Source: Octopus bimaculoides
Taxonomy: Eukaryota
Direction: 5' to 3'
Assembly: GCF_001194135.2 (NCBI RefSeq)
Contig: NC_068995.1
Location: 42,990,024 to 43,054,023 of the forward strand
DNA: 64,000 nucleotides
In this document: positions 1 through 10,205 of the stretch, in pieces
Layout of the letters: each line of letters starts with the position of its first letter
Numbering within the stretch: the first letter of the stretch is position 1
Notes under the pieces: model-generated
Told to the model about the DNA's origin: nothing
The model's database searches: none
Seen by the model: the letters and a program-made list of their open reading frames with translations, nothing else
Program-made: the position numbers and the translations under genes

Positions 1-70
<70 letters not shown>
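1..70. repeat. (TA)n-(TG)n compound microsatellite
   Basis: Directly visible. Similar TA/TG/CA/GA, GATA, AAT, CTT and CAT tracts recur throughout, e.g. 7060-7440, 17323-17395, 19184-19256, 20803-20967, 28430-28740, 33390-33540, 36718-36781, 57096-57178. Confidence 0.98.
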
Positions 71-72
<2 letters not shown>

Positions 73-145
73 GTTTACACACCCGTTTCGTCTTTTGCTT
101 TTTGTAAATACTCACTATATATATCTATACATATATGTATATAAT

Positions 146-480
146 TGTCATGATATAGATAGAAGAAGGAAAATTCTATGCAAAATATTTAGCCAGTTAG
201 GTCTAAGAACCACAATTAGTACCACCGTTGGAGAAGTCGTCTTCCTAGATATTAATATCTTAGCTCAAGAAAATTTAAACCCTCATACAGACAGCAGATA
301 ACATTCTAAATACTAGGGATGAAATCTTCTCTCCTTGCATACACAAGCAATATTTCACACTCAAACACTTGCAGCCCTAAAACGTTCCACACTGTCGTAC
401 AAAAACACAGTCTACAACAGCGCAAATTGAAATGGTAGCTGCATGAAACCTATTTACCGTCAGCGTGTCTTTACAACCGT
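146..480 (+). pseudogene. Penelope-like element RT C-terminal relic
   Basis: HDIDRRRKILCKIFSQLGLRTTISTTVGEVVFLDINI resembles the PLE RT motif RIRKKIxKIFxxxGLxITIxTNxxxVxFLDV. Later KNTVY..SCMKPI resembles NTVKxSYSCM. Contains stops. Confidence 0.55.
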
Positions 481-1595
481 TATACTAACCACCGAATAAG
501 GATACATTTATATCAGCAAACGAAGCAGTACCAAGTTCAAATTTAAACCAAATGGCAAAAATAGTAAAGGTTTTCGAAATACGCAAAAACAATAATCAAC
601 TCGCCTTTTTATACAATTCATGAGAGCGGCATCTAAATATTTTGTATAGAACTCACGATTTCCTGGAATTCTTCCACTAGTATGTCATTCCTATCTATTC
701 TGGTTCTGCTCTCCGTTTCATTACCCCTTTCTTTCTTCCTTTCTTTCTTGCTTTCTTTCTTTCTTTCTGCTTCGTCGATTTCTTTTTCCTTGCTTCTTCG
801 TTTTCCTTCTTCTTTCCCCATTTTTATTTCGATAGAATTTGTGATTTTTTAAATAATATTTCAATAAATGATTTTAAACGAGCTTAGGAAACGAGCTTAG
901 GAAATCAGTAACTATAGTTACCACTAAAGAAACGGAAACTCAAAGACTTAATTCAATGGTAATAACAAACCGACTATGTTGATTTTATTGACTCTTTCCT
1001 TACAAACTCTAGTTTTTAAGGAAACATTCAGCATAGTCAACATCATCTTTTGTTGTTACGGATAAATTCTTTTTAATTGTGGATTTGTACGTTTAAACGA
1101 TCGATTTTCTCTATTTATCTACACGTACTCTCACAACACATCCTTAACTAAAACATACATACACCTGCATACATGCATATACTTACATATATATATATAT
1201 ATGTGTGTATTTGTGTGTGTGTGCTCATGTGTGTGTGCTCATGTGTGTGTGTGTGTATGTGCGTGTGTGTACTTATTTATATATTTATTTATATATACAA
1301 ACATACACACACACACACACACATATATATATATGTGTGTGTTTGTGTATATATACATATATATATATGTATATATACATATATANNNNNNNNNNNNNNN
1401 NNNNNNNNNNNNNNNNNNNNNNNNNNNNNNNNNNNNNNNNNNNNNNNNNNNNNNNNNNNNNNNNNNNNNNNNNNNNNNNNNNNNNNNNNNNNNNNNNNNN
1501 NNNNNNNNNNNNNNNATATATATAATTGTTAAACAGGACGTTAAACATTACGGCAAGGCAAACATTTCGAGTCATATACAATATTATTACAGGAA

Positions 1596-1668
1596 GAAAT
1601 TCAAAATCTTACAGCTGTTTCTGGCATATCCTCGAGTATGGGATATTGCGTCATCAGAGACAAATTGG
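1596..1668 (-). ncRNA. Type I hammerhead ribozyme motif (PLE-type, minimal stem III)
   Basis: Minus strand reads tct-CTGATGA-c-gcaatatcc(catactcga)ggatatgc-ca-GAAA-c-agct-g-TA-aga: core boxes intact, stem II 8 bp with one bulge, palindromic stem III loop AGCT, stem I TCT/AGA. The pair closing stem II at the core is imperfect. Confidence 0.65.
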
Positions 1669-1918
1669 GGAAACATATGGAAAATAAGATGATAACATAG
1701 AGGAAGGGAGTAACAGAATAAGGAGATGGAAAGAGAGAGGAAAAAAGATGCATGAAAGTTCATAGTTCAACTTTCCAAAGTTATAGAACCCAAAGCATGA
1801 GTCCTTAGGTGCAATCCGGCTTATATCCATAAGCGTAAGTCCTTACGTACAATCCTGCGTATATACATGTGGGCTAAAGTCCTTATATAGTAGACATCCC
1901 AAGAAAAAGACGCGAACA

Positions 1919-2239
1919 TATCAACGGTCAATAACAGGATGGTACAAGAGGTGGTTGCTAATCGGTAAAAGTAGAGCAAAGAAAAGAAATAGAAAGAGGG
2001 GTAGATAGAGTGAGGTAGGAGGGGATTTTAAGGATTGGCTTATGATGAAGTAATGTTTATATGTGTATGGTGTCTAACAATTGTGTATAAGGTAGCCCAG
2101 AAGATAATAGAGAGAATGAGGAGGTAGAGGAAGATAGGGTACAAAAATAAGGTAAAAAATAGAGCGAAATGAAAAGAATTTAAGAAGAGGAGTAGATTAG
2201 CAACCACCTCTTGTACCATCCTGTTATTGACCGTTGATA
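1919..2239. repeat. Perfect 45-bp inverted repeat (1919-1963 / 2195-2239) around a 231-bp purine-rich spacer
   Basis: tatcaacggtcaataacaggatggtacaagaggtggttgctaatc and its exact reverse complement, checked base by base. Confidence 0.95.
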
Positions 2240-2591
2240 GGTAATTTCAAAGTCTAAAGTACAAAGGAAGTGCAGAACGAGAAATTGCATAAAAGATATT
2301 TGATTTAACCATGTTACGTTCGCTTTCTTAACATAATGTGATGATGTGTCATATAATGCAAATTATACAAGCCAAATTACGCAATCACCTTTACCTTTCA
2401 AATCACCGGAGAATTGTATTTATAAAAACATGTTGTCTAAGTGAAACTGTGACAGTTGTCAACATTTTGTGGAAGATGCGTGACACTCCGTGTGTATGCG
2501 TGTTTGTGTGCTCATCTGTTGTATGTGTGTGCGTGTGTTTGTGAACGCGGGCGTGTATGTGTGTGTGTTTTTGTGAGTGATTTATGTGTCT

Positions 2592-2623
<32 letters not shown>

Positions 2624-3118
2624 ACAAGCTTACATAGCGTACACGCATCCACAGGCAATAATAAACACTCAGAAGTGTACCACACACACACACAGAAAAA
2701 AATATATACATACAGGCATACACATATAAACATACACTTTCATTAATCATATGAATAAATGTTTCGTTCCGAATCCGAAATATTGCTTTTAAGTAAAGCG
2801 ATAAGCAGAGAGCTTAATAAAAGATAGAAGGATTAGATGAATTACATAATGGTATATGTCTACAGCCAAAATGAAGAATAACTTAAAAATGAAATGAAGC
2901 TGTATACCGAAATCAATCCATACTGTATTCTATGTCTTCTTCAGGTACCATCATGTCTCTAGCACTAAATGTTATTCAATCAATTTTGAAACGTACATTC
3001 CGATATTTCTCTCGGGAAGACCATATTCGCGAGAAAAAAATCCTTGTTCATGTATAGACAGACAGAGACACACACACACACACTCCGCACACGCGCACAC
3101 ATGTATACTCGCATATAT

Positions 3119-3163
<45 letters not shown>

Positions 3164-3883
3164 TATATAAATGCACAAACACATATATTTGCTTATGTTT
3201 ATTTATGTGTTTATACACGTATTCAAATTGACACTTATAGCCGCCAAACACATGTACACAATTTTTTTTTTCCTATTTACTTATATAAAAGCAAATTATG
3301 GTCTCCCAGCATAGCCGCAGTCTAATGGCTGAAACACGTAAAAGATAAAAGATAAAATGTATGCATGTATACATGTATGTATACATGCAATGCACGCATA
3401 CACAACATCCGTTGTAAAGATCAGTCTATCAAATAACGTACTAAACTGAAATCAAAACAGCGGTAAGAGCAATGTGTAATTTAGAGTAAACTATGTATGT
3501 TACTGATAACAAATACTTACTTTTTCAATTAGCGTAATGTGTTACTAATCGTCTCATCCAGAAAGCTGCGCTCTCCCGAGATTAAAAGAGCTATTTCCAG
3601 CTTTGTTGTCTGCAGTGCAGACTCAACCTGGATAGTTTATTGAATATCAAGAATAATTCCCTTTCAGTCCTTACTTCCTGCAACTTCATTCATTTATCTT
3701 CATTTCCCTTCATATTTTAATTGGTTTCTTACAGTAAATATTAACATTTCTAACAATTTAATCTTAATTCTCCCGTAATTTTTTTTTTATTCATTTTAAA
3801 TTTCACTACGCCATCGTAGCACCAATTTTCTAAGTATTCTTTTGAAGCCCATCATCACGTTTTAACATATATCATCTCTTCAT

Positions 3884-4263
3884 TGTTGGCGCTCCGTCGC
3901 TTACGACGTCGAGGGTTCCAGTTGATCTGATCAACAGAACAGCCTGCTCGTGAAATTAACGTGCAAGTGGCTGAGCACTCCACAGACACGTGTACCCTTA
4001 ACGTAGTTCTCGGGGATATTCAGCGTGACACAGTGTGACAAGGCTGACCCTTTGAATTACAGGCACAACAGAAACAGAAAGTAAGAGTGAGAGAAAGTTG
4101 TGGTGAAAGAGTACAGCAGGGTTCACCACCATCCCCTGCCGGAGCCTTGTGGAGCTTTAGGTGTTTTCGCTCAATAAACACTCACAACGCCCAGTCTGGG
4201 AATCGAAACCGCGATCCTATGACCGCGAGTCTGCTGCCCTAACCACTGGGCCATTGCGCCTAC
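3884..4263 (-). mobile_element. tRNA-derived SINE, family B1, full length with 11-bp TSD
   Basis: Minus-strand head aggcgcaaTGGCCCAGTGGttagggc...GGTTTCGATTCCcag (A and B boxes). TSD catctcttcat at 3873-3883 and 4264-4274. Near-identical copy at 34884-35267. Confidence 0.9.
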
Positions 4264-5569
4264 CATCTCTTCATATTCTTTTACTTAGTTCATTAAATTT
4301 CAGTTGCCCCATCATTTTAATCTAATTTTTATTTACATCTTTTGTTTTTCCAATTTTTCTTTTGTATTACATATCATACCCTCGTTACACCCTTTCAAAG
4401 ACGACATCTTCCACACTAACTGACTCCTTTCATTTCTTTATTATTTTATCTTCATATTTCGTTAAATTTCATATTTTCAACTGTCTTCACATTTTTTACT
4501 AATTACTTTTGCTTCATTTTAGATCACAATCTAGGTGCCCAGTTGCCTGATATTACCGCCTCATTTTTCACTTCCATTCCTTCTTACTATGTAACTATGA
4601 CTGCAGCAATCAAATTTAATCAACGATAACAGTCACTAGACAATATAACCCCAGGCTTTTATTAACCCGATTTGATTTTATACTTTCTTATGATCTAAAA
4701 TGTTTTCACAAATGATGATTCTTATATTTTATCTTCAAGTTTATCTCACCCCAACTCCTTTACTTTTGAATATTTTTCTTTCCATATCAGCCGGTTTCAG
4801 ACGTTTTCAGATCTAGCTTAGCTCCTCATTAAAGATTTATGAAGTTATTGTTACCTCACGTTTATTATCATGTCAGCGTCTTCTCTTTTAAACTTTTAGA
4901 TTAAGAAGCCAATTAATTATTATTTCTTATCATTAAGTGTCTATCCATATTCGAAGGAGGTCCAACAAAATTCTCATTCATTCATTCATTCATTCATTCA
5001 TTCATTCATGAGAGAGAGAGAGAGAGAGAGAAAAGCAAAATGATTAAGACTAATACAGACGGAAAGAGTGGCGAGACAAATCAATATGGGAAAAGGCGAG
5101 CACGCTCCCAAATGCGCATATATNNNNNNNNNNATATATGTTTGTATGTATGTATACACACACATGCATATACTCACACACACACACACGCACACATACA
5201 CACACACTCTCTGTCTCACTGTCTCTCTCTCTCTTACACACACACATGAAATCGTCTGCGGAAATTTGTCAGGGCGATACTGAGTCAGAATATAGATTCA
5301 GCTTATAGCTCACATGTTGTGATAAGATATGTGAAAATAAACAAATGATATTTTTTAAATGTTGTATGATATTGTTGGAGATTGTATATGCGACGAGATG
5401 GATTACGAGAGATCACAAAGTGTAAGAAAGAATAACGGAAGAATTTCAAAGAAAAAGAAAATCTGCATTATGGAAGCTAAGAAAATGATAGAGCGGCGAT
5501 TGTATTTTATGGATACGAGATGGTTTTAATGGTGGAATGGAGGGAAAACAAATAATCCTTACTAAGAAT

Positions 5570-6402
5570 GGTACAAGACCTGAAATTCTTTGCGAGATGA
5601 TAGGTCGATTACATCGACTTTCCCAGTGTTTCACTGGTGCTTAATTTATCGACGCCTGAAGGCTGAAAAGCACTTTCAACCTCAACGGAATTTGAACTCA
5701 ACGTAGCGACAGGCGAAATAAAGCTAAGCATTTCGCCTGGCACGCTAATGATCCTGCCTGCTCGCTGCCTTACGAAAAACAAATAACCCATTCTACTATG
5801 GACACACGGCCTGAAATTTTGAGGGAGGGGGCCCAGTCGATTACATCGATTCCTAGTGTTTCACTGGTGCTTAATTTATAGACCCCGGAAGGATAAAAAG
5901 CAGAGTCGACCGCAACGGAATTTGAACTCAGAACGTAGCGACAGACGAAATAACGCTAGGCATTTCGTCTGGCGTGCTAACGCTAGGCATTTCGTCTGGC
6001 GTGCTAACGCTAGGCATTTCGTCTGGCGTGCTAACGCTAGGCATTTCGTCTGGCGTGCTAACGATCCTGTCATCTTGCCGCCTTAGGCAAAACAAATAAT
6101 GAAATGCAGAAAAGAACATAATTGGGGGAAGTTAAATAAGCTCTTAATTAAAATATTATATTAATATAACATTGTTTTAAACTATAGAAACATATCGAAA
6201 TGACATATTTTCTATACAAAACAGGGAGAGGGCCAGTCGATTAGATCAACCCCAGTACGCAACTGATCCTTAATTTATCGACCTCGGAAGGATGAAAGGC
6301 AATGTCGACTTCAGCGGAATTTGAACTCAGAGAGTAAAGACAGACGAAATACTACTAAGCATTTCGCCCGGCGTGCTAACGTTTCTACCAGCTCTCCGCC
6401 TT
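5570..6402 (-). mobile_element. Three head-to-tail copies of tRNA-derived SINE family A (5570-5772, 5787-6088, 6220-6402)
   Basis: Shared head ggcggcgagctggcagaatcgttagcacgccgggcgaaatgc, B box gagttcaaattcc and core gcctttcatcctttcggggtcgataaattaagtaccag (resembles the Nin/Deu SINE domain, from memory). Middle copy has TSD aaaacaaataa (5776-5786, 6089-6099). Confidence 0.9.
5951..6058. repeat. 27-bp perfect tandem repeat x4 inside a SINE-A head
   Basis: taacgctaggcatttcgtctggcgtgc starting at 5951, 5978, 6005 and 6032, with no spacers. Confidence 0.97.
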
Positions 6403-7332
6403 ATACACAGATACATACATATATACAAATACATATTTGCATATATATATATGTTTGTGTGTGTATGTGTGTGTGTGTGTGTGCGTGTTTATATTATATT
6501 CATCTATATGGGTGTGTGCTAATATATCTGTATTTAATTGTCTGTGTATACATATATATGTGTTTGTTCAGTCGTTGTTTTCAGCTTTGTTTATGAAACA
6601 CAATTAAGACAACTGCAACGAAAAATATTGAGTTTTGCACTAAATCATCAAATGAATGAATAAATAAAATATTAACGATAATTTGTATGCTTATGTATGT
6701 TTTCATGAAAACCAACATCTCTATGATATTGATTATTGTGTAAGTTAAGGAATTATATTATCATTATTATAATTTAGAGATCGTTATTAACGTTTTTTTC
6801 TAAAGAATCACCAATATTTTTTTTTTTAGGAATGTTTGCGTAAATTTGAATATTTAAATATGGATTATTTGAATCAGTATTAAGAAATCTATTGATTTTA
6901 GATCCTTCGCTTGACCCTTTTCGAACATTCTTATCGGTTTTTATCTCACGCCAGTTCTTTACATTTTCTCATTTCAGCCCTTCGTCAACATTTTTCCAGT
7001 TTTTTTTGTTTATCCATTTTTTTTATCTCCCTCCCCACAACTTTCTCCTCCACTTCCTTCTCCTCATCCTCTTTCTTCTTCTTCTTCTTCTTCTTCTTCT
7101 TCTTCTTCTTCTTCTTCTTCTTCTTCTTCTTCTTCTTCTTCTTCTTCTTCTTCTTCTTCTTCTTCTTCGGCAGTTCGTCCTTTTCGTCTTCAAATTTTTC
7201 TTTTTCTTCCTTTTCTCCTTTCCATTTTCCGCTTCCGCCACTTTCTTTACTTCTTTTCAACATCATTATCATCATCATCATCATCATCATCTTCACCACC
7301 ACCACCATCACTACCACCACCACCACCACCAC

Positions 7333-7370
<38 letters not shown>

Positions 7371-7639
7371 GCTTCGTCTTCCCTCTTCTTCTTCTTCTTC
7401 TTCTTCTTCTTCTTCTTCTTCTTCCTCTTCCTCTACCTCTTCTTCTTTTCTCCTTCTCCGGTTCTGTCTTTTTCTCTTCAATTTCTTCTATTTCTTCCTT
7501 TTCTCCTCTTTCTCCTTCCCATTTTCCGTTTCTACTGCTTTCTTTTCTTCGTTTGCCTCCTCCTCCTCCTCCCCCTTATCACCATCTTCTTTTTCCTTTT
7601 ACTGTTCCGCCTCCCTCCCTTACCCTCTCACTTATGAAC

Positions 7640-8100
7640 TAAATTTGCAAGCTTCCATATTGACTGATTAAAATTGTCGCCTCGTACAATCTACTTCAAC
7701 TGTGACGCTTTTAGTACTCATCTTTATTCCGTCTGAGCTTCTATTCAGTTTCTTTCCTGCACAGTTAAAACCAAGTATTAATGAGATTTGTCTACCATTT
7801 GTAACTTCCAAGATTCTGCAGCCGACATTTTTGGTCTTACGAAAGTTTACACTTGATAACATTAGACAAATTATATGAAAAGAAAGTGCTAGGGACCGAG
7901 ATGGCTGCATCGTATGAACGGACAAAAAGCTTAGCGACATTTCCTCTATCTTCAAGTTCTGTGTTCACATTCTGGTGAAGTCGAATTTGTCTTTTATTTC
8001 TTCAGTTGTTGTTGTTGTTGTGGTCGTGGTGGGGGCGATAAAATAGGTACCAGTTGGGGTATTGGTGTTAATGTAATCAACTTTCCACGAAATACTGGCT
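7640..8100 (-). pseudogene. Highly decayed LINE APE-endonuclease relic (RTE/L2-like)
   Basis: YFIAPT..TEEIKDKF resembles xYAPT..EEIExFY, RGNVAKL resembles GDFNAKV, and LINTWF...SSDG resembles xTNTWF..TWxSPDG. Needs several frameshifts. Confidence 0.35.
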
Positions 8101-8140
8101 TTGTGACATACTTGAAACCAATAGCATGTGCACATGTGCC

Positions 8141-8260
8141 GGCGTGACTGTATGATAAGAAACTTGCTTACAACCACATGATTTCGGGTTAGGTCCTAAT
8201 GCGCGGCACCTTCGGCACGTTTCTTCGATCAAAGCCCTGTGGGTAGATTTGTTTAAAGTA
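8141..8260 (+). mobile_element. Degenerate 5' half of SINE family C (CORE-like)
   Basis: gataagaaacttgcttacaaccacatg...gcggcaccttcggcacgtttcttc...aaagccctgtg aligns by eye to the family C copies at 19705 and 54910. Confidence 0.65.
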
Positions 8261-9013
8261 ACTGAATGAAGCTTGTTAGCAAACCGATTATAGCAGCGAC
8301 TTCATCTAAGAATATCTGAAGAAGGAATTCTATTCCGAAATATCATCAGACTATGGATGACTAAATTACAACAGGTATGTAGCCCATTGTTTGTATTGTT
8401 GTNNNNNNNNNNNNNNNNNNNNNNNNNNNNNNNNNNNNNNNNNNNNNNNNNNNNNNNNNNNNNNNNNNNNNNNNNNNNNNNNNNNNNNNNNNNNNNNNNN
8501 NNNNNNNNNNNNNNNNNNNNNNNNNNNNNNNNNNNNNNNNNNNNNNNNNNNNNNNNNNNNNNNNNNNNNNNNNNNNNNNNNNNNNNNNNNNNNNNNNNNN
8601 NNNNNNNNNNNNNNNNNNNNNNNNNNNNNNNNNNNNNNNNNNNNNNNNNNNNNNNNNNNNNNNNNNNNNNNNNNNNNNNNNNNNNNNNNNNNNNNNNNNN
8701 NNNNNNNNNNNNNNNNNNNNNNNNNNNNNNNNNNNNNNNNNNNNNNNNNNNNNNNNNNNNNNNNNNNNNNNNNNNNNNNNNNNNNNNNNNNNNNNNNNNN
8801 NNNNNNNNNNNNNNNNNNNNNNNNNNNNNNNNNNNNNNNNNNNNNNNNNNNNNNNNNNNNNNNNNNNNNNNNNNNNNNNNNNNNNNNNNNNNNNNNNNNN
8901 NNNNNNNNNNNNNNNNNNNNNNNNNNNNNNNNNNNNNNNNNNNNNNNNNNNNNNNNNNNNNNNNNNNNNNNNNNNNNNNNNNNNNNNNNNNNNNNNNNNN
9001 NNNNNNNNNNNNN

Positions 9014-9320
9014 AAGGCATCATTCGGTATTCTAGGTATGCAATCTGCTGGCGGTGCATAGTGCATCTACGTCTGAGCGATAATCCTGTGGACCTTATGT
9101 AGTTCTCGTGGCAGCCCGAGCATCTTATTACATAAATAAGATTTTCTGAGGCACAAGTAAAGTTAGATTTAACTTTGAATTTGTGTCCCTCTTTGAAGAG
9201 GAATTCTGAACCTTCTAGAATGTTTGGGCATGTTGCACCATTTGGTCGACCACATTTGTTTACTTTCGCATCTGTTGTTTCGGAAAATAATTTTGCCTTT
9301 GTGAGGATCTTTTTCAGTGA
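9014..9320 (-). pseudogene. Penelope-like GIY-YIG endonuclease fragment (lineage with TCxSxNLIYVIxCxxC motif)
   Basis: Open frame SLKKILTKAK...KCGRPNGATCPNI...FTCASENLIYVIRCSGCHENYIRSTGLSLRRRCTMHRQQI, i.e. the GIY-YIG IYVI/YIG and R...H motifs. Runs into an N-gap. Confidence 0.85.
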
Positions 9321-9699
9321 TATATATATATATATATATATACAAGAGTTATGGAATGCAGTAGGTTAGATGTGAGGTAGATATGTTTAACAGCGGGCAG
9401 AACCTCAGAAGTGGTAAATAGCTAAGCGAGGTGTCTACCACTGGCCACTCTTCAGGCTAAGGATATCATTCTTCGATACCAAAATTATCCATAACCTTCC
9501 GTCTCAATAAACCACTATTGTCCCTGAAAGTTCCTTTTATTTACTACGTATTGCTTGACGCCTACTTTCTTCCTACACCTCTGATCCCTGGATCTTACAT
9601 TTATATGTGTGTGTATGTATGTATCTATGTATGTATGCATGTATGTATGTATGTATGTATGTATTTCTGTTTGTGTTTCTGTGTCAGCGTTTGTTACCT

Positions 9700-10205
9700 A
9701 TTGAACTTTTGACAATTGGTCTTGATATGTTTACGACCCCATAACGTAGCGCTTCGGCCAAAGGGACCTATAGAATAAGTACTAGATTTAAAAAGTAAGT
9801 CCTGGGCTTTATTTCATTCGACAGAAACCCGTGAAGGCCATGCTCCATCATTTTTCAAAATATTTTTATGCGCGCTTTTAAAGACTAGCCAGGCTCATGG
9901 GCCCGCTTTCCCGGTTTAATGGCGTATGTGTTCCCTCCACCTGGACGAGATGCCAGTCCATCGCAGCGTTACTAAAGAAACAGTGAGAGGAAGTTGGGGA
10001 GAAAGAGTACAGCAGAGGTCACCATCACCCCCTGCCGGAGCCTCGTGGAGCTTTAGGTGTTTTTACTCAATAAGCATATACAACGCCCGGTCTGGGAATC
10101 GAAACCTCCATCCTCCGCCCGCGAGACCGCTGCCCTAACCACTGGGCCATTGCGCCTCCCGTGCTCCACCATGGCGTCAGTCAAATGACCGAAACAAGTA
10201 AAATG
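9700..10205 (+). mobile_element. 3' half of SINE family C, interrupted by the B2 SINE
   Basis: gtttacgaccccataacgtagcgcttcggc...gaataagtact...gtcctggg...gaaggcca|gtgctccaccatggcgtcagtcaaatgaccgaaacaagtaaaa matches the family C tails at 55650-55830 and 60360-60545. Confidence 0.8.
9852..10160 (-). mobile_element. tRNA-derived SINE family B2 (B head with a different, V-domain-like 3' module)
   Basis: Head and body match B1; the 3' module is ctgcgatggactggcatctcgtccagg. TSD tgctccaYcat at 9841-9851 and 10162-10172 with one mismatch. Confidence 0.85.

Noticed and set aside
4190-4263. tRNA gene
   Set aside because: A and B boxes are present but acceptor and anticodon stems do not pair properly. 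It is the head of a TSD-flanked SINE with other copies at 10085-10160 and 35190-35267.
3560-4920. Minus-strand LINE RT relic hosting SINE B1 (LENWCY, TERELF words)
   Set aside because: Too decayed to assign; only isolated short words match.
5951-6063. 27-bp repeats as a CRISPR array
   Set aside because: No spacers; the unit is part of a SINE head; eukaryotic context.
6892-7671. Poly-Leu/His/Ser/Phe/Lys ORFs, and similar ones at 22574-23099, 28300-28785, 29400-31309
   Set aside because: Translations of microsatellites that are open in several frames on both strands; no splice or domain evidence.
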